Source: Betaproteobacteria bacterium (lineage in GTDB: Bacteria > Pseudomonadota > Gammaproteobacteria > Burkholderiales > JACQAP01). From it: a stretch of DNA of 64,000 bases. Shown here piece after piece: positions 40,208 to 49,469 of the stretch; the stretch's first letter is position 1, and each line of letters opens with the position of its first letter. The translations under genes and the position numbers were made by a program. The stretch is from assembly GCA_031362885.1 (NCBI GenBank), contig JANLTJ010000212.1:975-64974 (forward strand), given 5' to 3'. The notes beneath the pieces are model-generated. The model saw nothing but the letters and a program-made list of their open reading frames with translations. It had not been told where the DNA came from and made no database searches.

Positions 40208-40906
40208 ATGAGTAAAAGCATCGCAAGACCGCGCGGACAAGCCGGCTTCACACTGATTGAAATCGCCATAGTTCTGGTCATTATCGGTCTGTTGCTCGGC
40301 GGCGTGCTCAAGGGGCAGGAACTGATCAACAATGCCCGGGTCAAGAGCTACGCCAACGATTTCCGCAATATTCCGGTGTATATCTACGGCTATCAGGACC
40401 GCTTCCGCGCGCTGCCAGGGGACGATGCCGCGGTCGCGACGCGTATACCTGGCGCTACGCTTGCGACAACTCCGGCAGGCACGGTTGGCAATGGCGTAAT
40501 TAACGGCGCTTGGAACTCTGTTACCGGCACGGATGAGACTTGCTTGTTCTGGCAGCATGTGCGCCTGGCAAACTTGGCAACCGGATCGTCTACCGTAAAC
40601 TGTGCCGTCCTCACTGGCGGCTATTATCCCCAGAACGCCAATGGCGGCAACATCGGCATTCAAAGTACTGTCGGTTTCACCACCATCACTCTTCCGACCG
40701 TGATGACCGCCACCTACATCATTTGCTCAGCAAACATTCTCGGACAGTTCGTGTTGCAACTCGATCAGACGATGGACGATGGAAACCCGGAAACCGGTTC
40801 GATGCGGGCGATTCGACAGTCGGCGCTTGCCGCAGCGACTGCGGCAACAACTCTGGTCGTTCAAGCCAACCCGGGCGACAGCTTTACCGTCTGCATGGGC
40901 GTTTAA
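40208..40906 (+). CDS. type IV pilin / pseudopilin-like major subunit candidate (MshA-like), 232 aa
   Basis: Leader MSKSIARPRGQAG/FTLIEIAIVLVIIGLLLGGVL (G-1, F+1, E+5). Four Cys, including a C-terminal pair (IICSAN...FTVCMGV). Monocistronic, with a terminator right after it. Confidence 0.85.
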   Translation: MSKSIARPRGQAGFTLIEIAIVLVIIGLLLGGVLKGQELINNARVKSYANDFRNIPVYIYGYQDRFRALPGDDAAVATRIPGATLATTPAGTVGNGVINGAWNSVTGTDETCLFWQHVRLANLATGSSTVNCAVLTGGYYPQNANGGNIGIQSTVGFTTITLPTVMTATYIICSANILGQFVLQLDQTMDDGNPETGSMRAIRQSALAAATAATTLVVQANPGDSFTVCMGV

Positions 40907-40925
40907 GAAGTCTTTATGTCCTCGG

Positions 40926-40953
40926 AAAAAGCCCGCTTCATGCGGGCTTTTTC
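40926..40953 (+). terminator. rho-independent terminator after the pilin gene
   Basis: AAAAA-GCCCGC-TTCAT-GCGGGC-TTTTTC, 20 nt after the stop. The A/T arms make it look bidirectional. Confidence 0.75.
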
Positions 40954-41042
40954 TTGCGTGCAACTCGGCCGCAGGCTTTACGCCAGTACAAGGTCGTCTT
41001 CGACGGCAGTCCGGGACAATCTATGGGTTATACTCGACCGCC

Positions 41043-42032
41043 ATGACTGCACTGGGAAAACTCGACTCCGGACAAGCGCTCGCGTCGGGCAGGCGCGTGC
41101 TGGAGATCGAGGCGCGCGCGGTCAGCCGACTGGCCGATCGACTGGATGCCAATTTCGCGCGCGCAGTGCAGATCGTGCTTGGCTGCAAAGGCCGCGTGGT
41201 GGTGAGCGGTATCGGCAAATCCGGCCATATCGCACGCAAGATCGCATCTACCCTGGCCAGTACCGGCACTCCGGCATTTTTCGTTCACCCCGCCGAAGCA
41301 AGCCATGGCGATTTGGGCATGGTGACGCGCGATGATGTCATGATTGCCCTGTCCAACTCCGGAGAGAGCGGAGAATTGCTGGTGATTGTGCCGTTGATCA
41401 AGCGCATGGGCGGCAAGCTCATCGCCATGACCGGCAATCCGGATTCAGCGCTGGCGCGCGAGGCCGATGTGCACCTGGATGCCAGCGTGGCCGAGGAAGC
41501 CTGTTCTCTCGGACTCGCTCCCACGGCCAGTACCACCGCCGCTTTGGCGCTGGGCGACGCGCTGGCGGTTACGCTGCTGGAAGCGCGCGGATTCAACGAA
41601 GCCGATTTTGCCCGCTCGCATCCCGGCGGCAGCCTGGGCCGCCGCCTGCTCACGCATGTGCACGACGTCATGCGCACCGGAACGGCGATTCCCTCGGTGC
41701 GAAGTGGCGCTTCCTTCTCTGAGGCGATTCTGGAGGTTTCAAGAAAAGGTATGGGCATGACTGCGGTCATCAATGAGACGGGCCAGGTGGCGGGCATATT
41801 CACCGATGGCGATTTGCGACGCGCTCTTGAACAAGGGGGCGATTTGCGCGGCATGCACGTTGAGCAATTGATGACACCGAACCCTCGCAACGTCGGCCCG
41901 GATCAGTTGGCCGCCGAAGCAGCCGGCCTCATGGAGCAGTACAAGATCTCCCAGTTGCTGGTGGTGGACGCGGATCGGCGTCTGGTCGGCGCACTGAATA
42001 CTCACGATCTCATGCGCGCGAAAGTCATATGA
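41043..42032 (+). CDS. kdsD: arabinose-5-phosphate isomerase (KpsF/GutQ family; SIS + tandem CBS)
   Basis: GRVVVSGIGKSGHIARKIASTLASTGTPAFFVHPAEASHGDLG (SIS) plus two CBS motifs. The track ORF starts at 40779. ATG 41043 (MTALGKLD) gives a normal 329 aa. Confidence 0.9.
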   Translation: MTALGKLDSGQALASGRRVLEIEARAVSRLADRLDANFARAVQIVLGCKGRVVVSGIGKSGHIARKIASTLASTGTPAFFVHPAEASHGDLGMVTRDDVMIALSNSGESGELLVIVPLIKRMGGKLIAMTGNPDSALAREADVHLDASVAEEACSLGLAPTASTTAALALGDALAVTLLEARGFNEADFARSHPGGSLGRRLLTHVHDVMRTGTAIPSVRSGASFSEAILEVSRKGMGMTAVINETGQVAGIFTDGDLRRALEQGGDLRGMHVEQLMTPNPRNVGPDQLAAEAAGLMEQYKISQLLVVDADRRLVGALNTHDLMRAKVI

Positions 42033-42556
42033 ACAAGCGACTGATTGCGCGCGCGAATCGCATCCGGCTTGCGATTTTCGATGTGGACGGCGTGCTCACC
42101 GACGGCACGATCTATCTCAGCCAGCGCGGCGAAGAGATGAAAGCCTTCAATGTCGGCGACGGACTCGGCATGAAAATGCTTGCCGACGGCGGCATCGTGG
42201 CGGCCTTGCTGTCCGGGCGCAAGTCCAGGGTCGTGGAGCTGCGTGCAAAGGAAATCGGAATTACTCACGTTTATCAGGGCATCAGCGACAAGCTGGACAC
42301 CTACCAGCGCTTGCTGCGCAAGCTGCGCCTCGCCGAGGAAGAAACCTCCTTCATGGGCGATGACCTGCCCGATTTGCCGGTACTGCGCCGCTGCGGTCTC
42401 GCCTTCAGTGTTCCGAACGCGCCCAAAGTGGTGCGCAACAGCGTGCACCACGTCACCAGCCTGGCTGGTGGGCGGGGGGCGGTACGCGAAGTCTGCGAGT
42501 TTCTGCTTGAGGCGCGCGGCACGCTGGAGGATCAATTGCGGGCATTCCGGAAATGA
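42029..42556 (+). CDS. kdsC: KDO 8-phosphate phosphatase
   Basis: 175 aa. IRLAIFDVDGVLTDGTIY...GDGLGMKML...FMGDDLPDLP (HAD motifs). Confidence 0.9.
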   Translation: MNKRLIARANRIRLAIFDVDGVLTDGTIYLSQRGEEMKAFNVGDGLGMKMLADGGIVAALLSGRKSRVVELRAKEIGITHVYQGISDKLDTYQRLLRKLRLAEEETSFMGDDLPDLPVLRRCGLAFSVPNAPKVVRNSVHHVTSLAGGRGAVREVCEFLLEARGTLEDQLRAFRK

Positions 42557-43161
42557 AGGACCGCCTCATCACCTGGTCGCCGCTGATCCTGCTGGCGCTG
42601 CTCGCGTCAATGAGCTTCTGGCTGGATCGCAAAGTGCAGCCGTCGGCGCAGCGTCCGGACGGCAATTCACGGCACGATCCGGACTTCATCGTCGAAGGAT
42701 TCTCGGCGGTGCAAATGAACCCGGACGGCACGCGTCGCTATGCGCTGTCGGCCAAACGCATGGAACATTTCCCGGACGACAACAGCACACTGCTGGAGCT
42801 GCCGCGGCTCATTTATTTCGACCAGGAAAATGCCCCGTTAACCATCCATTCCGAAACGGCCGAGGCGGTGCAGGGTGGCGACGACGTGTTCTTCCGGGGC
42901 GATGTGCAGATCATCCGGGCAGCCCACGCAGGCAATGCCGAGCTCGGCGTGTTCACCAGTTTTCTGCACGTCATTCCTGACCGGGACATCGCCAAGACGG
43001 ACAAACCGGTGCGCATGGTAGAAGGAAACTCCACGGCCAGTTCGGTTGGCTTAGAATTCAACAATGCGACCCGCCAGATCAGATTGCTCTCCGAGGTCAA
43101 GGTCCACTATGCCGTCGCGAAACGCGCCAATCGCAAACCACGTGCTACCGGCGACCGCTAG
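42553..43161 (+). CDS. lptC: LPS export system protein LptC
   Basis: 202 aa. N-terminal TM (WSPLILLALLASMSFWL). Sits in the kdsC-lptC-lptA-lptB position. Confidence 0.8.
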   Translation: MKDRLITWSPLILLALLASMSFWLDRKVQPSAQRPDGNSRHDPDFIVEGFSAVQMNPDGTRRYALSAKRMEHFPDDNSTLLELPRLIYFDQENAPLTIHSETAEAVQGGDDVFFRGDVQIIRAAHAGNAELGVFTSFLHVIPDRDIAKTDKPVRMVEGNSTASSVGLEFNNATRQIRLLSEVKVHYAVAKRANRKPRATGDR

Positions 43162-43765
43162 GGTCGCAAGGTTGGCTCGGCTCGCGGCGTGGTTGTTGCT
43201 GCTGGCTCTTGGAGTCGGTGCGGCGCTGCCGGCGCTCGCGGAACGCGCGGACCGCGACAAACCGGTGAATCTCGAAGCGGACCGCGTTGACTTGGATGAC
43301 CCGAGGAAAGAAGCCGTGTTTATCGGCAGTGTGACGTTGACCCAGGGTACGCTGACCATCAAGGCAGACAAGCTCATCGTCAAGCAGGACGCGGCCGGCT
43401 TCCAGTACGGCATTGCCTACGGCACACCGGCACAATTCCGCCAGAAGCGCGAAGGCGTTGACGAGTACATTGAGGGCTCGTCCGAACGCCTCGAGTACGA
43501 CAGCCAGGGCGACAAGGTACAAATGTTTACCAACGCGCGCATTCAGCGTGGCGGAGACGAGGTGCGCGGCGACTATATTTCCTACAATGCTTTAACCGAA
43601 TTCTTTCAGGTGATCGGCGCCACGAAATCTTCCGTCGCACCCGGTAGCCCGAAGGGCCGGGTGCGCGCGATCATTCAACCCAAACGCAAATCCGAAACGA
43701 CCACGGTGCCACCGGGTTCGGTGAATCTGCAATCGTCCGACTCGGTGCAGCTTCCCGGGCAATGA
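43109..43765 (+). CDS. lptA: LPS transport periplasmic protein LptA
   Basis: Signal peptide ...LLLLALGVGAALPALA, then DRDKPVNLEADRV...TLTQGTLTIKADKLIV (OstA-like). Start moved from the track's 43064 to ATG 43109. Confidence 0.85.
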   Translation: MPSRNAPIANHVLPATARVARLARLAAWLLLLALGVGAALPALAERADRDKPVNLEADRVDLDDPRKEAVFIGSVTLTQGTLTIKADKLIVKQDAAGFQYGIAYGTPAQFRQKREGVDEYIEGSSERLEYDSQGDKVQMFTNARIQRGGDEVRGDYISYNALTEFFQVIGATKSSVAPGSPKGRVRAIIQPKRKSETTTVPPGSVNLQSSDSVQLPGQ

Positions 43766-43789
43766 CCGCCGAGCCCTGCCTAGCCATCA

Positions 43790-44512
43790 ATGAGCCAACT
43801 GCGCGCGGAGAAACTGAAAAAACGCTATAGGGCGCGCACCGTCGTCAAAGACGTCTCATTCGACGTTTCGAGCGGCGAAGTGGTCGGCCTGCTCGGACCC
43901 AACGGCGCGGGCAAGACCACTTGCTTCTACATGATGGTGGGCCTGGTGGCCGTGGACGGCGGCGATCTGTTCCTCGACGAACGGGCGCTCACGCATACAC
44001 CGATCCACCGCCGCGCTCGTCTGGGTTTGTCCTACCTGCCCCAGGAAGCTTCGATATTTCGCAAGCTGACCGTGGCGGAGAATATTCAGGCGGTTCTCGA
44101 ACTGCGCGGCCTCGAAGATGAGCAGGTTCAGGAACAGCTCAATGTGCTGCTGCAGGATCTGCATATCGCTCATTTGCGCAACAGTCCCGCCATCAGCCTG
44201 TCCGGCGGCGAGCGCCGGCGGGTCGAAATTGCACGTGCGCTCGCCACGCAACCGCGCTTTATCCTTCTCGACGAGCCATTTGCCGGGGTTGACCCCATCG
44301 CCGTACTCGACATTCAGAAAATCATCCGGTTTTTGCGCGAACGCGATATCGGTGTGCTGATCACCGACCACAATGTGCGCGAGACTTTGGGCATCTGCGA
44401 TCGTGCCTATATCATCAATGACGGCTCCGTGCTGGCCTCGGGCATGCCGGAGGAAATCGTCTATAATGAAAGTGTCAGAAAAGTGTATCTGGGCGAGCAC
44501 TTTAAACTCTAA
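43790..44512 (+). CDS. lptB: LPS export ABC ATPase LptB
   Basis: 240 aa. [36 protein letters not shown]. Confidence 0.95.
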   Translation: MSQLRAEKLKKRYRARTVVKDVSFDVSSGEVVGLLGPNGAGKTTCFYMMVGLVAVDGGDLFLDERALTHTPIHRRARLGLSYLPQEASIFRKLTVAENIQAVLELRGLEDEQVQEQLNVLLQDLHIAHLRNSPAISLSGGERRRVEIARALATQPRFILLDEPFAGVDPIAVLDIQKIIRFLRERDIGVLITDHNVRETLGICDRAYIINDGSVLASGMPEEIVYNESVRKVYLGEHFKL

Positions 44513-44575
44513 GGACCGCCTGCCGTCCTCGAATTTCCGGACCCCTTCTCCGGGTCCGATACCAACAGCCAGCAG

Positions 44576-46030
44576 ATGAAGCAGTCCCTGAATCTAAAGC
44601 TCTCGCAGCACCTGACACTCACGCCGCAGCTGCAGCAGTCGATCCGGCTATTGCAACTGTCTACGCTGGAGCTGAATCAGGAACTGGAAGTTTTTCTTCA
44701 GGAAAATCCCCTGCTCGAACGCGATGACGACGAGGATGCGCCCGCCGCTGCTCCGCCGCTGAACGCCGACACCACAGCGACCGCCCCCGCATCCGAATCT
44801 TCCCCGGCCCCGGCGGCGGAAGACGAGTCGCCCGGCGAGCGCTCGGCCAGCGATACGGACTGGTCGCTGGACGACGGCGATGGGTATGGCTCGTATAACG
44901 GCCAGGACGGCGAAGATGACTCGGAAGCGCCGCAGGCCGCCGCGGAACCGGCGAAACTGCGCGATCATCTGTTCGGCCAGATCAATCTGATGCAGATGCC
45001 CGAGCGGGACAAGCGCATCGTCGCTTTCCTGATCGACAACCTGGACGACGATGGTTACATGACCCAGGACTTTGTCGAGTTGGCGGCCTTGTTGCCGACG
45101 GAACTCGAGATCGATTCCGAACAATTGACCATCGGGTTGAAATACCTGCAAAGCCTCGACCCTCCCGGCGTCGGTGCACGCAATCTGGGCGAATGCCTGG
45201 CGCTGCAACTCGATGCCCTGCCGGACGATACGCCATACCGGGAGGCAGCTTCACTGGTGGTCAAGCAACACCTCGATGTTTTTGCCGCGCGTGACTATCC
45301 ACGCCTGAAAAAGCTGCTGCGTTGCGACGACGATATTCTGCGCACCGTACAAACGATGATCATCGGGCTCAACCCGAGACCGGTCGCGAATTTTTCCGGA
45401 ACCGAAACGCGTTACATTATTCCGGATGTCGTGGTACGCAAAACCAAGGGCATGTGGGTTGCCGCTCTCAATCCCGAGGCAATGCCGAAATTGCGTATTA
45501 ACCGCATGTACGCGGACATCCTGCATCGCAATCGCAGCGCTAGCTTCCAGCAGCTCGCCGGTCAACTGCAGGAAGCCAAATGGCTGATCAAGAACGTACA
45601 GCAGCGCTTCGACACCATCCTCCGGGTTTCCCAGGCCATCGTTGATCGCCAGCGCCATTTTCTGGAGTATGGGGAAGTGGCGATGAAGCCCCTGGTGTTG
45701 CGCGAAATCGCCGACACGCTAGGCTTGCACGAGTCCACGGTTTCGCGCGTCACCACGCAGAAATTCATGCTGACACCGCGTGGAATATTTGAACTCAAGT
45801 ATTTTTTCGGCAGTCACGTATCCACTGATACTGGTGGCGCGTGTTCGGCAACCGCAATCCGCGCGCTGATCAAGCAGATGGTTGGCGAAGAAGATGCCCG
45901 CAAGCCATTGAGTGATGGACAGATAGCTGAGATTCTTGGCAAGCAGGGCATCGTGGTGGCCCGGCGCACCATCGCAAAGTATCGGGAATCGCTCCAGATT
46001 CTCCCCGTTAGTCTCCGAAAATCAATTTAA
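44576..46030 (+). CDS. rpoN: RNA polymerase sigma-54 factor
   Basis: 484 aa. N-terminus LKLSQHLTLTPQLQQSIRLLQLS, an acidic linker, HTH, and RpoN box (STVSRVTTQKFMLTPRGIFELKYFF). Confidence 0.95.
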   Translation: MKQSLNLKLSQHLTLTPQLQQSIRLLQLSTLELNQELEVFLQENPLLERDDDEDAPAAAPPLNADTTATAPASESSPAPAAEDESPGERSASDTDWSLDDGDGYGSYNGQDGEDDSEAPQAAAEPAKLRDHLFGQINLMQMPERDKRIVAFLIDNLDDDGYMTQDFVELAALLPTELEIDSEQLTIGLKYLQSLDPPGVGARNLGECLALQLDALPDDTPYREAASLVVKQHLDVFAARDYPRLKKLLRCDDDILRTVQTMIIGLNPRPVANFSGTETRYIIPDVVVRKTKGMWVAALNPEAMPKLRINRMYADILHRNRSASFQQLAGQLQEAKWLIKNVQQRFDTILRVSQAIVDRQRHFLEYGEVAMKPLVLREIADTLGLHESTVSRVTTQKFMLTPRGIFELKYFFGSHVSTDTGGACSATAIRALIKQMVGEEDARKPLSDGQIAEILGKQGIVVARRTIAKYRESLQILPVSLRKSI

Positions 46031-46055
46031 CCAACAGCCCATAAAGGGAGGTGCC

Positions 46056-46379
46056 GTGAATCTACAACTATCCGGTCGTCATCTGGAAGTCACTCCCGCG
46101 ATGCGTTCTTATGTGATCGAGAAACTCAATCGTGTAACCCGCCACTTTGACCATGTAATCGATATCAATATCATCGTTTCGGTCAGCAAACTGGAACACA
46201 AGGTCGAGGCCAATATGCACGTGCGCGGCAAGGATTTTCACGCCGAGTGCATCGACGAGAACATGTATGCCGCGATTGACGGGCTGGCGGACAAGCTCGA
46301 CCGCCAGGTTGTCAAGCACAAGGAGAAGGTCGTCGATCATCACGAGCAGGAATCCTTCCGCAAGTTGCCCGCGGAGTAG
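46056..46379 (+). CDS. hpf: ribosome hibernation promoting factor (short HPF)
   Basis: GTG 46056 preceded by AAGGGAGG. VNLQLSGRHLEVTPAMRSYV. 107 aa. The track ORF starts upstream inside rpoN. Confidence 0.9.
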   Translation: MNLQLSGRHLEVTPAMRSYVIEKLNRVTRHFDHVIDINIIVSVSKLEHKVEANMHVRGKDFHAECIDENMYAAIDGLADKLDRQVVKHKEKVVDHHEQESFRKLPAE

Positions 46380-46400
46380 ACGGAAAAGACCCCTTCCCCC

Positions 46401-46886
46401 ATGAGTTTGGTCTCAGGCCTGCTGCCGGTAGCCAATATCACGCTCGACCTTGATGTCGCCAGCAAGAAGAGGGTGTTCGAGCATGTCGGCCTGCAGTTTG
46501 AGAATTCGCTGCGCATCGGCCGCAGCCAGGTGTTTGAAGCCTTGTTCGCGCGCGAACGCCTGGGATCGACCGGGTTGGGCCATGGCATCGCGATTCCGCA
46601 CGGACGAATCAAGGGATTACGTGATGCGGTTGGCGCATTTATTCGTACTGCCGCGCCGATTCCATTCGAGGCTCCCGATGGCAATCCGGTAAACCTGATT
46701 TTTGTCCTGCTGGTGCCGGAGAAAGCAACCGATCTTCATCTGCAAATTCTTTCGGAGCTGGCGCAGATGTTCAGCGACAAGGACCTGCGTGCGCAGCTTG
46801 GCCTGATGAGGGATGCGGCCGCCGTGAAGCAGGTCTTCAACAATTGGCAACCCCATGCCCCAGGTCAGCGTCGCGCAGCTGTTTAA
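46401..46886 (+). CDS. ptsN: PTS-Ntr EIIA component
   Basis: 161 aa. REKLGSTGLGHGIAIPHGR-type active-site region (RERLGSTGLGHGIAIPHGRI). Confidence 0.9.
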   Translation: MSLVSGLLPVANITLDLDVASKKRVFEHVGLQFENSLRIGRSQVFEALFARERLGSTGLGHGIAIPHGRIKGLRDAVGAFIRTAAPIPFEAPDGNPVNLIFVLLVPEKATDLHLQILSELAQMFSDKDLRAQLGLMRDAAAVKQVFNNWQPHAPGQRRAAV

Positions 46887-47796
46887 GGATAACGCCGCGT
46901 CGCTCGAACTGACGTGGATTTCCGGGCCACGCGAGCCATCGCCGCATCTGGACAGTAGCGAGATCAATCACGCTTCCCAGGGACTGATCGGTCACCTGAA
47001 TCTGCTCCATCCCAACTGGATTCAGATTTTCAGCCGCACCGAAGCCGCCTACTTCGCAGCCCTTGGCGAGCCCGAACAGCGCGAACTGCTGGCCCGGCTA
47101 ACCGGCAGCGGTCTGGCCTGCATCATTCTCAGTGAGCAGGACCAACCTCCGGTCACGGTGGCCGAATTCGCCGCCTCGCGCCAGATTCCGCTGCTGTCTT
47201 CAGCTCAGCACAGTCTGCAGATCATCTGGGTGATACGTACCTATCTCGGGCGCGCACTGGCGGAATTCGTTACCCGCCACGGCGTACTGCTCGAAGTCCT
47301 GGGAATGGGCGTACTGATCACCGGCGAGAGCGGCGTAGGCAAGAGCGAGCTGGCACTGGAGTTGATCTCGCGCGGGAGCGGATTGGTCGCCGACGACGTC
47401 GTCGAGCTCTATCACATCGCGCCGGAGACTCTGGAGGGCCGCAGCCCGGAGCTGCTGAAGGATTTTCTGGAAGTGCGCGGGTTGGGCATGCTCGACATTC
47501 GCACCATTTTTGGCGAGACCGCGGTGCGAACGAAGAAGAATCTGAAGCTGATCGTTCAGATGGAAAAGCCGGTGGGTGGTGTCATTCCCGGCATGGATCG
47601 GCTGCCACTTAATGCGAGCTCGGAAGACATCATGGGCATCCGGATTCGTAAAGTCGTATTGCCGGTTGCCGCCGGCCGCAATCTCGCCGTGCTGACCGAG
47701 GCCGCGGTGCGCAACTATGTCCTGCAGTTGCGTGGCATCGACAGCACCAAGGAATTTATCGCGCGCCAGGAACAGCAGATGAACCGGCGCGGCTGA
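46855..47796 (+). CDS. hprK: HPr kinase/phosphorylase
   Basis: 313 aa. [21 protein letters not shown]-loop and [11 protein letters not shown]. Confidence 0.9.
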   Translation: MPQVSVAQLFKDNAASLELTWISGPREPSPHLDSSEINHASQGLIGHLNLLHPNWIQIFSRTEAAYFAALGEPEQRELLARLTGSGLACIILSEQDQPPVTVAEFAASRQIPLLSSAQHSLQIIWVIRTYLGRALAEFVTRHGVLLEVLGMGVLITGESGVGKSELALELISRGSGLVADDVVELYHIAPETLEGRSPELLKDFLEVRGLGMLDIRTIFGETAVRTKKNLKLIVQMEKPVGGVIPGMDRLPLNASSEDIMGIRIRKVVLPVAAGRNLAVLTEAAVRNYVLQLRGIDSTKEFIARQEQQMNRRG

Positions 47797-47815
47797 CAAC
47801 GGCACATCGACACGC

Positions 47816-48655
47816 ATGCAACTCATCGTGATCAGCGGCCTCTCCGGTTCGGGCAAGAGCATCGCACTCAATGTGCTCGAAGACAGCGCCTATTATTGCG
47901 TGGACAATCTGCCCGCCAAGCTGCTCGAAGGTCTGGTGCAGTTTCTTGCCAAGGAAGGATACGACCGGGTTGCGGTCAGCATCGATGTGCGCAGCGGAGC
48001 CACCTTGTCCGAACTGCCGGGTTACCTGGCCCAGATCAAGGCGCGGGGCGTGGACGCGCGCCTGATTTTTCTGGACTCCAAGACCGATACTCTGGTCAAA
48101 CGGTTTTCGGAAACACGCCGCCGGCATCCGCTGGCCGACCAGGACCGCACTCTTCCAGAATGCATTGAGCAGGAGCGCGAGTTGTTGGGTGACATTGGCG
48201 ACCTGGGACACCGCATCGACACCAGCGACCTGCGTCCGGGAGTGCTGCGTTCGTGGATAAAAGACCTGCTGCTTGCGGCTCAACCGGGTCTGCGGCTGTT
48301 GTTTCAGTCGTTTGGCTTCAAGCATGGCATTCCCCTGGATGCCGACATGGTGTTCGACGTGCGCTGTCTGCCTAATCCGCACTACGATCCGGAATTGCGG
48401 CCGCTTACCGGCCGGGACCCGACGGTCATTGCCTTCATCGAATCCAACCCGACTGCTCGTGAAATGCTGGCCGACATTCGCGCTTATGTCGATAAATGGT
48501 TGCCGTGCTTCATTCGTGACAATCGCGCCTACCTGACCGTGGCGATTGGCTGCACCGGGGGGCGGCATCGGTCGGTGTATTTCGCCGAAGCGCTTGCCGC
48601 ACATTTCAGTGGCAATCGCAACGTGCTTGTTCGCCACCGCGAACTTTCGGCTTGA
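47816..48655 (+). CDS. rapZ: RNase adapter protein RapZ (YhbJ)
   Basis: 279 aa. [33 protein letters not shown]...CTGGRHRSV. Confidence 0.9.
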   Translation: MQLIVISGLSGSGKSIALNVLEDSAYYCVDNLPAKLLEGLVQFLAKEGYDRVAVSIDVRSGATLSELPGYLAQIKARGVDARLIFLDSKTDTLVKRFSETRRRHPLADQDRTLPECIEQERELLGDIGDLGHRIDTSDLRPGVLRSWIKDLLLAAQPGLRLLFQSFGFKHGIPLDADMVFDVRCLPNPHYDPELRPLTGRDPTVIAFIESNPTAREMLADIRAYVDKWLPCFIRDNRAYLTVAIGCTGGRHRSVYFAEALAAHFSGNRNVLVRHRELSA

Positions 48656-48679
48656 GTCTGCGTTAACAGGCGCCGTGCA

Positions 48680-49318
48680 ATGGTGACCCGGCCGCAAACC
48701 ATCACGCTCGCCTTCACGGGTGCATCCGGCATGCCTTACGGCGTTCGGTTGCTGGAATGCCTGCTGAAGGCCGGCATCAAAGTCTATCTGCTGTATTCGC
48801 AGGCCGCCCAGATCGTCTCGCATCAGGAAATGGATCTGCGCCTGCCAACGAGCGCCAGGGAAGCCGCACAGTTTTTCAGTGCGCGCTTTGGCGCATCGCC
48901 AGGGCAGTTGCAGGTCTTTGGTCGCGAGGAATGGTTCGCGCCGGTGGCCTCCGGTTCCAACCCCGCCGACGCGATGGTAATTTGTCCCTGCACCATGGGG
49001 ACGCTGGCCTCCATCGCGGCAGGTCTGGCCGACAACCTGATCGAACGGGCGGCCGATGTGGCGCTCAAGGAGGCCCGCAAGCTGGTGCTGGTGCCACGCG
49101 AAACACCGTTGTCGGCGATCCATCTGGAAAACATGCTTAAACTCGCGCGTGCCGGCGCGATCATCCTGCCACCCAATCCCGGCTTCTACCATCACCCGCA
49201 GACGGTGCAGGATCTGGTCGATTTTGTCGTGGCGCGCGTACTCGATCATCTTGGCGTCGAACATCAGCTCATGCCTCGCTGGGGCGAGTCCGCCATGGCA
49301 GACCCTTCGAACCCCTGA
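48680..49318 (+). CDS. ubiX: flavin prenyltransferase UbiX
   Basis: 212 aa. ITLAFTGASGMPYGVRLLECL...VICPCTMGTLASIA...LVPRETP. Confidence 0.85.
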   Translation: MVTRPQTITLAFTGASGMPYGVRLLECLLKAGIKVYLLYSQAAQIVSHQEMDLRLPTSAREAAQFFSARFGASPGQLQVFGREEWFAPVASGSNPADAMVICPCTMGTLASIAAGLADNLIERAADVALKEARKLVLVPRETPLSAIHLENMLKLARAGAIILPPNPGFYHHPQTVQDLVDFVVARVLDHLGVEHQLMPRWGESAMADPSNP

Positions 49319-49469
49319 ATAGCATCGCCACCGGCGGCGCAGTAAAGCCAAGCGCAGGAAATCATGCTCTGGTTTGTCCATCTCTTCTTGTCTTTGACGT
49401 TCTTTGCGATGTTCTTTGGTTTATTTTTTTCGTCAACACTGCCATCGCCGTCAGCTTGACCGCTAACCG

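Noticed and set aside
47756-49381. 541-aa minus-strand ORF
   Set aside because: It lies antisense to rapZ and ubiX, both of which have unambiguous motifs. Its sequence is Arg/Gly/His-rich and unstructured.
49319-49469. T/C-rich spacer with repeated GTTCTTTG words, and a 70-aa minus-strand ORF (49264..49476)
   Set aside because: The words are short and imperfect. The ORF overlaps the ubiX end and has no RBS or motif. This is most likely just the promoter region of the Lon N-domain gene.
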